Assembly (NCBI GenBank): GCA_965215605.1
Contig: OZ244070.1
Coordinates: 3,104,001 to 3,168,000, forward strand
Reading direction: 5' to 3'
Origin: an uncultured Candidatus Binatia bacterium
GTDB taxonomy: Bacteria > Desulfobacterota > Binatia > UBA9968 > JAJDTQ01
Length of the DNA: 64,000 bases
The stretch's first letter is position 1, and each line of letters starts with the position of its first letter. Shown piece after piece: positions 9,668 to 18,133 of this stretch. The translations under genes were made by a program, and so were the position numbers. Under the pieces are notes generated by a model, which worked only from the letters and a program-made list of their open reading frames with translations, made no database searches and had not been told where the DNA came from.

Positions 9668-10048
9668 TCATTCCTTCCGAGGCAGTCGATCCCGTTTTAC
9701 CACGACCCGCTGGTGGCGACCTTCACCGATCTTCTCCCGTTCGTTGTACGCCTCCACGGTGAAGGTGAGCCGGCGCCCTTCGACCTCCACGAGTCGGGCC
9801 GAGGTGCGGACGGTCTCGCCGATCCGGGTCCCGGCGATGTGGGAGATTTCAACGCGGACCCCCAGCGACACCTCGTCGTCGTCGAGGAACGGAGCGACGG
9901 CCTCCACGCAGGCGCGCTCCATGTGCCCCACCATGGCCGGCGTCGAATACACCACGAAGCCCTCGTCGGCGATGTGGGCCGCCGCCATTTCCTGGGTCGT
10001 TTCGATGATCCACTGGCCTTCGAGCCCTTCCTTGAGTTCGTCTTTCAC
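9668..10048 (-). CDS. Hot-dog thioesterase (FlK/fluoroacetyl-CoA thioesterase-like)
   Basis: VYSTPAMVGHME, SLGVRVEISH, IGEGRHQR. Confidence 0.85.
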   Translation of the reverse strand: MKDELKEGLEGQWIIETTQEMAAAHIADEGFVVYSTPAMVGHMERACVEAVAPFLDDDEVSLGVRVEISHIAGTRIGETVRTSARLVEVEGRRLTFTVEAYNEREKIGEGRHQRVVVKRDRLPRKE

Positions 10049-10148
10049 CCTACCTCCCGGACTATGGTCCTCGTGCTGTCTGATTGCCTGTTCCCCGTTC
10101 CCTACTATTGGCGATATCGTCTATACTGTGAACCGGTCACGATCCATC

Positions 10149-10340
10149 ATGGAAAAGGTCGTTCGAAAATTCGCATCCTTCGCCGAGGAAGAAGAAGCGG
10201 AGTACTCTTACTACCGCCGGCTCTCTGGTGCCGAAAAATTGCAAATCCTGCTTGACCTGATCATGCCCGAGAATCCCGATGCGGGAACTATCGACCGATC
10301 TGCGCGAGTTCATCCACTTGCTGAACACGAGCCGTGTTAA
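10149..10340 (+). CDS. Small (63 aa) hypothetical protein upstream of the nucleotidyltransferase
   Basis: C-terminal part of track ORF 9492..10340: MEKVVRKFASFAEEEEAEYSYYRRLSGAEKLQILLDL. TATACT -10-like hexamer at 10122-10127. Overlaps the next gene. Confidence 0.6.
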   Translation: MEKVVRKFASFAEEEEAEYSYYRRLSGAEKLQILLDLIMPENPDAGTIDRSARVHPLAEHEPC

Positions 10341-10734
10341 GTACATGCTCGTAGGTGCATGGGCACTGGCTCTTCATGCCCGGCCTCGCTATACGGCCGA
10401 TGTGGACGTGTTTGTGGAGCGAAGCCCGGAGAACGCCGGGAGACTGATGGAAGTTATCGAAAAGTTCGGGTTTGGCGGCATCGGGATTGAAGCGGCGGAT
10501 TTCCTGCAGGTCGACTGCGTGATCCAGCTCGGCAGGGCGCCGAACCGAGTCGATCTTCTCACGGGTATCAGTGGAGTCGGCTTCGATGAAGCCTGGGAAG
10601 ATCGGGTCACGGCGACCCTGTCCGGTGTCGAGGTGGCCGTCATCGGCCGAGAGCATCTGATCCGGAACAAGCGGGCTGTGAACCGCGCGAAGGATCGCGC
10701 CGATATCGAGTGGTTGGAGCGCACCGGTCGGTAG
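10279..10734 (+). CDS. Minimal nucleotidyltransferase (Pol-beta-like fold)
   Basis: YMLVGAWAL, PRYTADVDVFV (DxD), VDLL, LIRNKRAVNRAKDRADI. Confidence 0.85.
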   Translation: MRELSTDLREFIHLLNTSRVKYMLVGAWALALHARPRYTADVDVFVERSPENAGRLMEVIEKFGFGGIGIEAADFLQVDCVIQLGRAPNRVDLLTGISGVGFDEAWEDRVTATLSGVEVAVIGREHLIRNKRAVNRAKDRADIEWLERTGR

Positions 10735-10770
10735 CCTTGACGGGCTCGTGAAAGGAAGGTGTCCTGAATC

Positions 10771-11952
10771 ATGAACGCGGCATTGCAGGGGACCATGGCG
10801 CTGGATCTGAGCGGCCACGTGGCCGGGCCCTTTTGCGGGAGCCTGCTGGGAGACCTCGGGTGCGACGTGATCAAGGTGGAATTGCCGGACGGAGGTGACA
10901 CCCACCGTGGCCGGAATCCCTTGTACGAGGGCTACGGGCCGAGCTTCCGGGCGCTCAACCGCAACAAGCGGAGCCTGACCCTGGACCTCCGGAAGCCCCA
11001 GGGCAAGGAGATCCTGCTCAAGCTGCTGGAGAAGGCGGATGTCCTGCTGGAAAACTTCCGTCCCGAGACGCGGGTGAAGCTGGGGCTCGACTACGGGCGC
11101 CTGTCGGAGCTCAACCCGAGGCTGGTCCATTGTTCCATCACCGGCTACGGGCAGGAGGGCCCCTACCGCGACAAGCCCGGGTTCGACACCATCGGCCAAG
11201 CCCTGAGCGGCATGCTGAGCCTGATGACCGACTTCGACAAGCCCAAGGTGGTGGGGGTGTCGGTCACCGACCATTCCACCGGAGTGTTCGCCGCCTACGG
11301 TATCCTGGCCGCGCTGATGGCGCGCCACCACACTGGCCGGGGCCAGTTCGTGGACGCCTCGCTCCTGCGCATCAGCCTGGCGTTCATCGAGTCCCACATG
11401 GCCGACTACCTGAACGGCGGCGAGGCCATCACCCGTGAGAACTTCCCCCGGGGGCGGATCTATTGTTTCGTTCCCAGCGACAAGAAAGCCCTGGTGATCC
11501 ACCTCTCCGGACACCAGAAGGCCTGGGAAGGGCTGGTGACCGCGGTGGAGCGCCGGGATCTGCTGGACGACCCGCGCTTCGCCACCCGCAACGACCGCTG
11601 GCACCATCACTACGACATCGTCCCGATCCTGCAGGCGGAGTTCGAGAAAAAGCCGCGGGACCACTGGCTCGCGGCGCTGGACGCCGTCAGCGTGCCCAAC
11701 GCGCCCATCTACAAGATTGAAGAGGTGCTGGACGACCCGCAGGTGAAGGAGCTGGGACTGCCGCAGGAGATCCGCCATCCGACGATGGGGGCCAGCAACC
11801 TCATCGGTAACGCCATCCAGCTTTCCGACACTCCCATGCAGTTCCATCGTGCCGCGCCCCTGTTGGGCGAGAACACCGAAGAGATCCTGCGCGGTCTGGG
11901 CTATGACGATGCGGCGCTGGCGGAGTTGCGCGAAGACGGGGTCACTTCATAA
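10771..11952 (+). CDS. CoA-transferase family III (CaiB/BaiF)
   Basis: LDLSGHVAGP, LGDLGCDVIKVE, NRNKRS, ENFRP, catalytic Asp in SVTD, APLLGENT. Confidence 0.93.
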   Translation: MNAALQGTMALDLSGHVAGPFCGSLLGDLGCDVIKVELPDGGDTHRGRNPLYEGYGPSFRALNRNKRSLTLDLRKPQGKEILLKLLEKADVLLENFRPETRVKLGLDYGRLSELNPRLVHCSITGYGQEGPYRDKPGFDTIGQALSGMLSLMTDFDKPKVVGVSVTDHSTGVFAAYGILAALMARHHTGRGQFVDASLLRISLAFIESHMADYLNGGEAITRENFPRGRIYCFVPSDKKALVIHLSGHQKAWEGLVTAVERRDLLDDPRFATRNDRWHHHYDIVPILQAEFEKKPRDHWLAALDAVSVPNAPIYKIEEVLDDPQVKELGLPQEIRHPTMGASNLIGNAIQLSDTPMQFHRAAPLLGENTEEILRGLGYDDAALAELREDGVTS

Positions 11953-11964
11953 CGGGGGCAGTCC

Positions 11965-12612
11965 ATGACCAGCAAGGAGTTCGTTCAGGAGTTGCGGGAC
12001 AAGGTCAAGACCTTCTGCGCCACGTTGGACGACCGCCCGCCCGCCTACAGCTACGTTCCTCTCACCACCGACGAGGAGCGCGTCCGGGTGATGAAGAGCC
12101 GGCTGTGGAACGAACTCCGCGCCGCCGATCTCTTCGGCGGCTGGCTCAAGACCACCCCGGAAATCGAGGTCAAGACCATGATGGCGCGGTCCGCCCACGA
12201 GGAGATGGTGCACGCCGGGCTCCTGTCGGCGCGCATCCGGGATCTCGGCGCGGACCCCTTCGACTACCGTCCGCTGCCGGCGCAGATGTCCATGTTCAAC
12301 GCCATGGAGGGACTCCCGGACAGTTGCCAGCGGCTGGCCGGCTTCTCGATGGGCGGCGAGGGGATAGCCAACTACCTCATCGAGAAGTGCCTGGCCGCGC
12401 CCTCGGTCCCGGACTGGATCAAGGCCCCATACAAGCGCATCCTCGCCGACGAGGAGGGCCACGGCAGCGGCCCCGAGGAGATCCTGGAGCGTTATGCCAC
12501 AACCCCGGAGGTCCAGGACGCCGTGCGCCGGGCGGTGGCCATGCGCCTCATCTTGATGCGCGAGTACCTCGGCAGCCTGGACCGCTGGGCCATGAAAGAG
12601 GCGGAATGGTAG
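11965..12612 (+). CDS. Ferritin-like (di-iron carboxylate) protein
   Basis: Ligand pattern E...EEMVH...E...DEEGH (NELRAA, HEEMVHA, GEG, DEEGHG). Confidence 0.75.
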   Translation: MTSKEFVQELRDKVKTFCATLDDRPPAYSYVPLTTDEERVRVMKSRLWNELRAADLFGGWLKTTPEIEVKTMMARSAHEEMVHAGLLSARIRDLGADPFDYRPLPAQMSMFNAMEGLPDSCQRLAGFSMGGEGIANYLIEKCLAAPSVPDWIKAPYKRILADEEGHGSGPEEILERYATTPEVQDAVRRAVAMRLILMREYLGSLDRWAMKEAEW

Positions 12613-12656
12613 GAGGTCGGAACCCGCGCAGGGCGAATTTCGCACGGACGCGAATC

Positions 12657-12686
12657 TTGACGGCTCAAGACCGGTAATGCTAGTGT
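12657..12686 (+). promoter_or_regulatory. Putative sigma70 promoter for the amidohydrolase
   Basis: TTGACG-18 nt-TAGTGT with extended -10 TG, 45 nt upstream of ATG 12732. Confidence 0.4.
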
Positions 12687-12731
12687 CAAGTGCGCGAAAA
12701 TCTATGAAACGTTCACAAGGGGGTAGATCAA

Positions 12732-13793
12732 ATGGCCGATAACGGAACACTGCCGGGCTGTGAAGTCATTGTCTCGTCGGATTCCCACGTCATGGAGCCG
12801 TCGGAAATCCTGGTGGAAAGGGCTCCCAAGGGTTTCAAGGATCAGGTGCCGCGCTTTCCCCAGTTGAAGTTGGGGGAGAGCTTTCAGACCCAGCCGGGTG
12901 GATCGGATCCGGACAAGCGCATCGCCGAGATGGAGACCGACGGCGTGAGCGCGGAGGTGCTCTTCCCGACCTACCTGCTGCCGCACTTCGCCATGGACGA
13001 CGCCAAGCTGCAACAGGTGTCGTTCCACGCATACAACGACTGGGTGATGGACTATTGCTCGGTGGCGCCCAACCGTCTGGTGGGGGTCGGCGCCATCTCC
13101 ATGTACGACATCGACGAGGCGGTCAAGGAGTTGGAGCGTTGCGCCAAGATGGGCCTCAAGGGCTCGCTCATCTGGCAGGCGCCGCACGCGGACCTGCCGT
13201 TCCACTCCGACCACTACGAGCGGTTCTGGGCCGCTTCCGCGGATCTCAAGATGCCGGTGCACCTGCACATTCTCACCGGCCACGGCTACCACAAGCAGAC
13301 GGTGTTCGGTAACAAGCGCATCGGCGTCGAGCCGTACCGCGGCAGCGTCAACCTGAAGCTCCAGGAGATCATCAACGCGGTCTTCGATTTCATCTTCTAC
13401 GGCATCATGCATCGCCATCCCGACCTCAAGTTCGTGTGCGTCGAGAACGAGATCGGCTGGATGCCGTTCATGCTGCAGCAGTGGGACTACTACTGGAACC
13501 GGTTCAAGGGCGAGAACCCGATCTCCATCGACAAGAACCCCAGCGAGTACTTCAACGGGCAGTTCTACGGCACGTTCTTCCGCGACACGGTCGCCGGGCA
13601 CAACTTCGAGTGGTGGGGCCAGGACAATTGCATGTGGTCCAACGACTACCCGCATGCCAACTCCACTTGGCCGGACTCCAAGAAGTACATCGACCGCGAC
13701 CTGGGGCACCTGCCGACGGACATACGGAAGAAGCTGGTCTACACCAACGTCAGGAACCTCTACCAGCTCGACATTCCGGACCCGGTTCAATAG
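12732..13793 (+). CDS. Amidohydrolase_2 family protein
   Basis: SSDSHVMEP, DGVSAEVLFPT, AYNDW, PVHLH, ENEIGW, WSNDYPH. Confidence 0.9.
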   Translation: MADNGTLPGCEVIVSSDSHVMEPSEILVERAPKGFKDQVPRFPQLKLGESFQTQPGGSDPDKRIAEMETDGVSAEVLFPTYLLPHFAMDDAKLQQVSFHAYNDWVMDYCSVAPNRLVGVGAISMYDIDEAVKELERCAKMGLKGSLIWQAPHADLPFHSDHYERFWAASADLKMPVHLHILTGHGYHKQTVFGNKRIGVEPYRGSVNLKLQEIINAVFDFIFYGIMHRHPDLKFVCVENEIGWMPFMLQQWDYYWNRFKGENPISIDKNPSEYFNGQFYGTFFRDTVAGHNFEWWGQDNCMWSNDYPHANSTWPDSKKYIDRDLGHLPTDIRKKLVYTNVRNLYQLDIPDPVQ

Positions 13794-13804
13794 TCCAATG
13801 GTTC

Positions 13805-13838
13805 GAAAGCCGCCCGCCTCCGGGCGGCTTTCCTTTTT
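13805..13838 (+). terminator. Rho-independent terminator
   Basis: 12-bp stem GAAAGCCGCCCG/CGGGCGGCTTTC, 4-nt loop, then a T-tract. Confidence 0.75.
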
Positions 13839-13913
13839 CCGCGGGGATGCGCGACGGAGGCCAACAGGCTCATCGCGGTGCCCGCAAAGTGCCTTGGGGA
13901 AAGGGGCAAGCTC

Positions 13914-15032
13914 ATGGGCAGGAACGGTTTCAAAGTATTCGACAGCGACATGCACATCATGGAACCCCCGGATCTGTGGCTTCGGTATCTGGCGCCGGAG
14001 TTTCAGGCACAGGCTCCGTTGGGGCGCACGTCCGAGAACGTTCGGGACCTGGGGCTGAGCTTCCCCGACAAGGCGGCTGAGGCGCGCCGCACCGGCACGG
14101 AGGAGCATCGTGGCCGCAATTACGAACAGAAACAGAAAGTCTTCCGTGACCACTCCGAAAGGGGCTGGACCGGCGAGGTGCAGCTCGAGGCCATGGAAGT
14201 GGAGGGCATCGACGCCGCGGTGCTGTTTCCGACCCGGGGCCTCCATGTGCTCACCTTTCCGGGACACACGCCGCACTTCGCCGCGGCTCTGGCGCGGGCC
14301 TACAACGACTGGCTCCACGACTTTTGCCGCGCTGACCCGAACCGGCTGTTCGGCGCCGGCATGATTTCGGTCTACGACATCAACGACGCGGTGGAGGAGA
14401 CGCACCGGGTGGTGGGCGAGTACGGCTTCCGCACGGTCTTTCTGAGGTCCAACCTCGTCAACGGCAAGCCCCTGCACGACCCGTACTACGAGCCCCTGTG
14501 GAATACCCTGGAGGAGTTGGCCCTTCCCATCGGCTTCCACGAAGCCACCACTTCCCGCGCGGCCCAGGCCGGCGAGCAGTTCGAGCCCAACTTCGGCCTG
14601 AGGCGCGTCTATTCCCAGCCCCTGGAGCAGATGATGGGGCTCGGGAGCTTTGTTGGCGGCGGCGTGCTCGCGCGTCATCCCAAGCTCCGAGTGGCATTCC
14701 TGGAAGCCAACTGCTCGTGGCTGCCGTGGCTCCTCTGGCGCTTCGACGAGGGTTACGAGCGGGAGGGCGACGTCTACATGCCCGATCTGGACCGGAAACC
14801 CAGCGACTACTTCAAGGACCAATGCTGGATTTCCATCGAGCCGGACGAGACCCCGGCGCGGTTCACCATCGAGGAGTTCGGCTGCGACCAGTTGGTCTTT
14901 TCCACCGACTATCCCCACGGCGACTCCAAGTATCCCCACGCCGTGGAGGGATTCCTGGAACTTGATCTGTCCGATGAGGCAAAGCGCAAGATCCTGTGGG
15001 ACAACTGTGCGCGGTTTTATGGTTTTGACTAG
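13914..15032 (+). CDS. Amidohydrolase_2 family protein
   Basis: FDSDMHIMEP, EGIDAAVLFPT, AYNDWL, LEANCSW, FSTDYPH. Start set at MGRNGF. Confidence 0.9.
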   Translation: MGRNGFKVFDSDMHIMEPPDLWLRYLAPEFQAQAPLGRTSENVRDLGLSFPDKAAEARRTGTEEHRGRNYEQKQKVFRDHSERGWTGEVQLEAMEVEGIDAAVLFPTRGLHVLTFPGHTPHFAAALARAYNDWLHDFCRADPNRLFGAGMISVYDINDAVEETHRVVGEYGFRTVFLRSNLVNGKPLHDPYYEPLWNTLEELALPIGFHEATTSRAAQAGEQFEPNFGLRRVYSQPLEQMMGLGSFVGGGVLARHPKLRVAFLEANCSWLPWLLWRFDEGYEREGDVYMPDLDRKPSDYFKDQCWISIEPDETPARFTIEEFGCDQLVFSTDYPHGDSKYPHAVEGFLELDLSDEAKRKILWDNCARFYGFD

Positions 15033-15071
15033 TGTCCGGTCCCACATTTATCCGACCCGAAGGAGGGCGCG

Positions 15072-15905
15072 ATGGCGAAACCCCAAGAGGCGGCACAACC
15101 GGAATACATCCAGGGCGTGGTCAATTACCTCGAAAGAGAAACCGAGGCCCCCGCGAGCTATGGCGGCATGAGCCAGAAGGAGGCCGACCGCAAGCGCCGG
15201 GGCAACTACGAGAGCCACGCGGTCACGATCCACAACGCGCGGCTCCTGGCCGATGAGCTTTCGCTGGAGCGCCAGGGTTTCGTGCTGGTGCGGCACGACA
15301 CCCGGATGAAGGACTTCTATGACGACGAAGAGGTACGCACGGTCTACTACAAAGAGACCGAGGAGTTGGTGAAGCGTACTTCGGGGGCGAAGCGCGTGGT
15401 GGTGTTCGATCACACGCTGCGCTCGGGCGACGAGGCCACGCGGGAGGCGAAGCAGGTGGGCGGCCCGGTACGCGGCGCCCACAACGACTACACGGACTGG
15501 TCGGGGCCGCAGCGGGTGCGCGACATCCTGCCGGACGAGGCCGAGGAGCTGCTCAAGGGCCGGTTCGGCGTGATACAGACCTGGCGGCCCATCAACCGCC
15601 CGGTGATACGGGACCCCCTGGCCATCTGCGACGCGCTCAGCACCGGCATGGAAGGCGCCATCCCCACCGCGCGCATCTACCCGGACCGGCGCGGCGAGAC
15701 GCTGCACTACACCTTCAATCCGAAACATTACTGGTACTACTTCCCGCACATGGAACGTCACGAGGCGGTGGTGTTCAAGACCTTCGAGTCCGAGAAGGAC
15801 GGACGTGCCCGGTGGACCCTGCACTGCGCCTTTGACGATCCCGACACGCCTGCCGATGCGCCGGCCCGGGAGAGCATCGAGATGCGCACGCTGGCTTTCT
15901 TTTAG
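15072..15905 (+). CDS. CmcJ/NvfI(AsaB)-like oxidoreductase
   Basis: LERQGFVLV, VFDHTLR, HNDYT, WRPI, PLAICDA, TLHCAF, RESIEMR. Confidence 0.85.
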   Translation: MAKPQEAAQPEYIQGVVNYLERETEAPASYGGMSQKEADRKRRGNYESHAVTIHNARLLADELSLERQGFVLVRHDTRMKDFYDDEEVRTVYYKETEELVKRTSGAKRVVVFDHTLRSGDEATREAKQVGGPVRGAHNDYTDWSGPQRVRDILPDEAEELLKGRFGVIQTWRPINRPVIRDPLAICDALSTGMEGAIPTARIYPDRRGETLHYTFNPKHYWYYFPHMERHEAVVFKTFESEKDGRARWTLHCAFDDPDTPADAPARESIEMRTLAFF

Positions 15906-15943
15906 GAACATCTCTCACGTCCGGAGCCCTTGACTTGGCGTCT

Positions 15944-16022
15944 TTCGACTTCGCTACGCTACGCTCAGGACGAACGGCTTGGTTGTCTCAGGACCGTTCG
16001 TCCTGAGCGTAGCGTAGTCGAA
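15944..16022. repeat. Long intergenic inverted repeat (REP/MITE-like)
   Basis: Perfect 24-bp arms, CTACGCTACGCTCAGGACGAACGG at 15954-15977 and its complement at 15994-16017, with outer TTCGA/TCGAA. Confidence 0.85.
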
Positions 16023-16058
16023 GGATGACAAATTCCGACAGACTCCCAGGAGGCATCC

Positions 16059-17534
16059 ATGAGCAACTTCGACGTGGTCGACACCACGATAGACGCGGTC
16101 CACAAGGCGTATGAATCGGGGCAGCTTACCCCCAGGGAGCTGGTGCAGGCGTACATCGACCGGATCGAGGCCTACGACAAGAAGGGTCCGGCCCTCAACT
16201 GCATCATCACGGTCAATCCCGATGCGCTGGAGGAAGCCGGCCGGGTCGGCGCCTCGCCCCTGACGGGACCGCTTCACGGCATCCCCGTCATTTTCAAGGA
16301 CCAGGGCGACGCCAAGGGGATGCCCACCACCCTGGGGAGCGTGCTGTTCAAGGACTACTACCCTGACCGCGACTGTTTCGTGGTGGAGCAGCTCAAGAAG
16401 GCCGGCGCCATCATCCTGGCCAAGGCCACTCTCGGGGAGTTGGGCGGAGGCGACACCCACGGCTCGCTGTTCGGCTCCAGCCGCAACCCCTACGATGTCG
16501 AGCGCACGGTGGGCGGCTCCTCCGGCGGCTCCGGCGGCGCCGTGGCCGCCAACTTCGCCACCGTGGCGGTGGGGCAGGAAGGCTACGCTTCCATCCGCCG
16601 TCCCTCGACCTGGAACTGCGTCGCCGGCATGCGCCCCACGCCAGGACTGGTGAGCCGCGGCGGCGTATACGACGGCTGGCCCGACATGACCGGCTCGCTG
16701 GGCCCCATGTGCCGCACGGTGGGGGATATGGCCCGGCTGCTGGACTCCATGGTCGGCTACGACCCCGAGGATCCGGTGACCGCCCGCGGCGTCGGCCACG
16801 TACCCCCGAGCTACACCGACTTCCTGGACGCAGGCGGGCTCGAGGGCGCGCGTCTGGGCATCCTGCGCGAGCCCATGGGCTTCATGTCGGAACCGGACAC
16901 CGACGACTTCCGGCAGATCACCGAAGTGTTCGACAAGGCGGTGGCGGACCTCCAGGCCGCCGGCGCCGAGGTGGTGGATCCGGTGGAGATACCACAACTG
17001 AACGAGCTGTTGGCCAAGCGGTCGTGGAACCCCACCAACGGCGACCAGGCCTTCAAGCTGTACTACGGCCGGAGCGCCAGGCGGCCGTTCGAGTCGCGCC
17101 AGGAAGCCATGGCGTCGCCGGACTTCGCCAAGGTCCACTACAACGCCCAGAACCGCTGGAAGGCGCCCCTGGACGCGGACAAGCATTACGAGTACCTGCT
17201 GGCCCGCGAGACGCTCACGGGCAACCTGTTGAAGGTCATGGCCGACCACCGGCTCGACGCCATCGTGCACAAGTCGGTGGAGCACCAGCCGACGCTCATT
17301 ACCGAGGGCATCAAGCCGCCGTGGGTCAACATGAGGGGGGTGCCCCACATCAACACGTTCCTGATCTTCGTTTCGTCGGTGGTGGTGCCCGGGGGCTTCA
17401 CCCGGGACGACCTCCCGGCCGGGATCACCTTTCTCGGACGGCCCTACGACGACGGCCGCATGATCAAGTTCGCCTACGCCTACGAGCAGGCCACGCACCA
17501 CCGCAAGCCGCCGGCCACCACGCCGGCGCTGTGA
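16059..17534 (+). CDS. Amidase signature family enzyme
   Basis: GPLHGIPVIFKD (Lys), GGSSGGSG, ASIRRPS (nucleophilic Ser). Confidence 0.92.
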   Translation: MSNFDVVDTTIDAVHKAYESGQLTPRELVQAYIDRIEAYDKKGPALNCIITVNPDALEEAGRVGASPLTGPLHGIPVIFKDQGDAKGMPTTLGSVLFKDYYPDRDCFVVEQLKKAGAIILAKATLGELGGGDTHGSLFGSSRNPYDVERTVGGSSGGSGGAVAANFATVAVGQEGYASIRRPSTWNCVAGMRPTPGLVSRGGVYDGWPDMTGSLGPMCRTVGDMARLLDSMVGYDPEDPVTARGVGHVPPSYTDFLDAGGLEGARLGILREPMGFMSEPDTDDFRQITEVFDKAVADLQAAGAEVVDPVEIPQLNELLAKRSWNPTNGDQAFKLYYGRSARRPFESRQEAMASPDFAKVHYNAQNRWKAPLDADKHYEYLLARETLTGNLLKVMADHRLDAIVHKSVEHQPTLITEGIKPPWVNMRGVPHINTFLIFVSSVVVPGGFTRDDLPAGITFLGRPYDDGRMIKFAYAYEQATHHRKPPATTPAL

Positions 17535-17578
17535 GACCATGCGCTGGCTCGATTCCGTGTGAAGGGAAGGAATTGAGA

Positions 17579-18133
17579 ATGCCCCGCATACCGGAGCTCA
17601 CCGAACGGGAGGCCATTCCCGAGGATCAGCGGCACCACTACGACGCCATCATGGCCAGCCGGAAGCGCATCGGCGCGCCCTACGCCAACCTGCTCCACTG
17701 CCCGGACCTGGCCGCCCGCACCGCGCACTTGGTGGGATACTCGCTGCACACCTCGGACTTTCCGCTGAAGGAGAAGGAGCTGGTCATCTGCACGGTGGCC
17801 AGGGAGATGGACTGCGTCTACGAGTGGGCCGCCCACTCGGGCCACGCCCTGGAGGCGGGGGTGCCGGAGGCGACCGTGGCGGCCATCCGTGACGGCATCG
17901 CTCCCGAGGGGCTCGACGAGGACGAGGCGCCTTTCGTGAAGTACGTGCAGGAGCTTCTGCGTCCGCCCCATCGTGTCACCGAAACGACCTTTCAGGCGCT
18001 GCGAAGGCGCCTGGGCGATCACCGGCTGGCCGAGCTTACCGGCATCGTCGGGGGTTACGCCGGCCTTGCCTGTTCCCTCAACGCGTTCGGGATCGGCGCG
18101 CCCGAAGGCATGCCGGTCCTTCCCACGGGGTGA
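17579..18133 (+). CDS. Carboxymuconolactone decarboxylase/AhpD-like protein
   Basis: C-terminal part of track ORF 16709..18133. KELVICTVAREMDCVYEWAAH. Confidence 0.85.
   Translation: MPRIPELTEREAIPEDQRHHYDAIMASRKRIGAPYANLLHCPDLAARTAHLVGYSLHTSDFPLKEKELVICTVAREMDCVYEWAAHSGHALEAGVPEATVAAIRDGIAPEGLDEDEAPFVKYVQELLRPPHRVTETTFQALRRRLGDHRLAELTGIVGGYAGLACSLNAFGIGAPEGMPVLPTG

Noticed and set aside
17579-18133. Sec read-through at TGA stops of other redox-type genes (CMD/AhpD-like, VOC, EutA-like)
   Set aside because: These TGAs fall at the natural C-termini of complete domains, some overlapping the next start codon, and not within a Cys-type motif.
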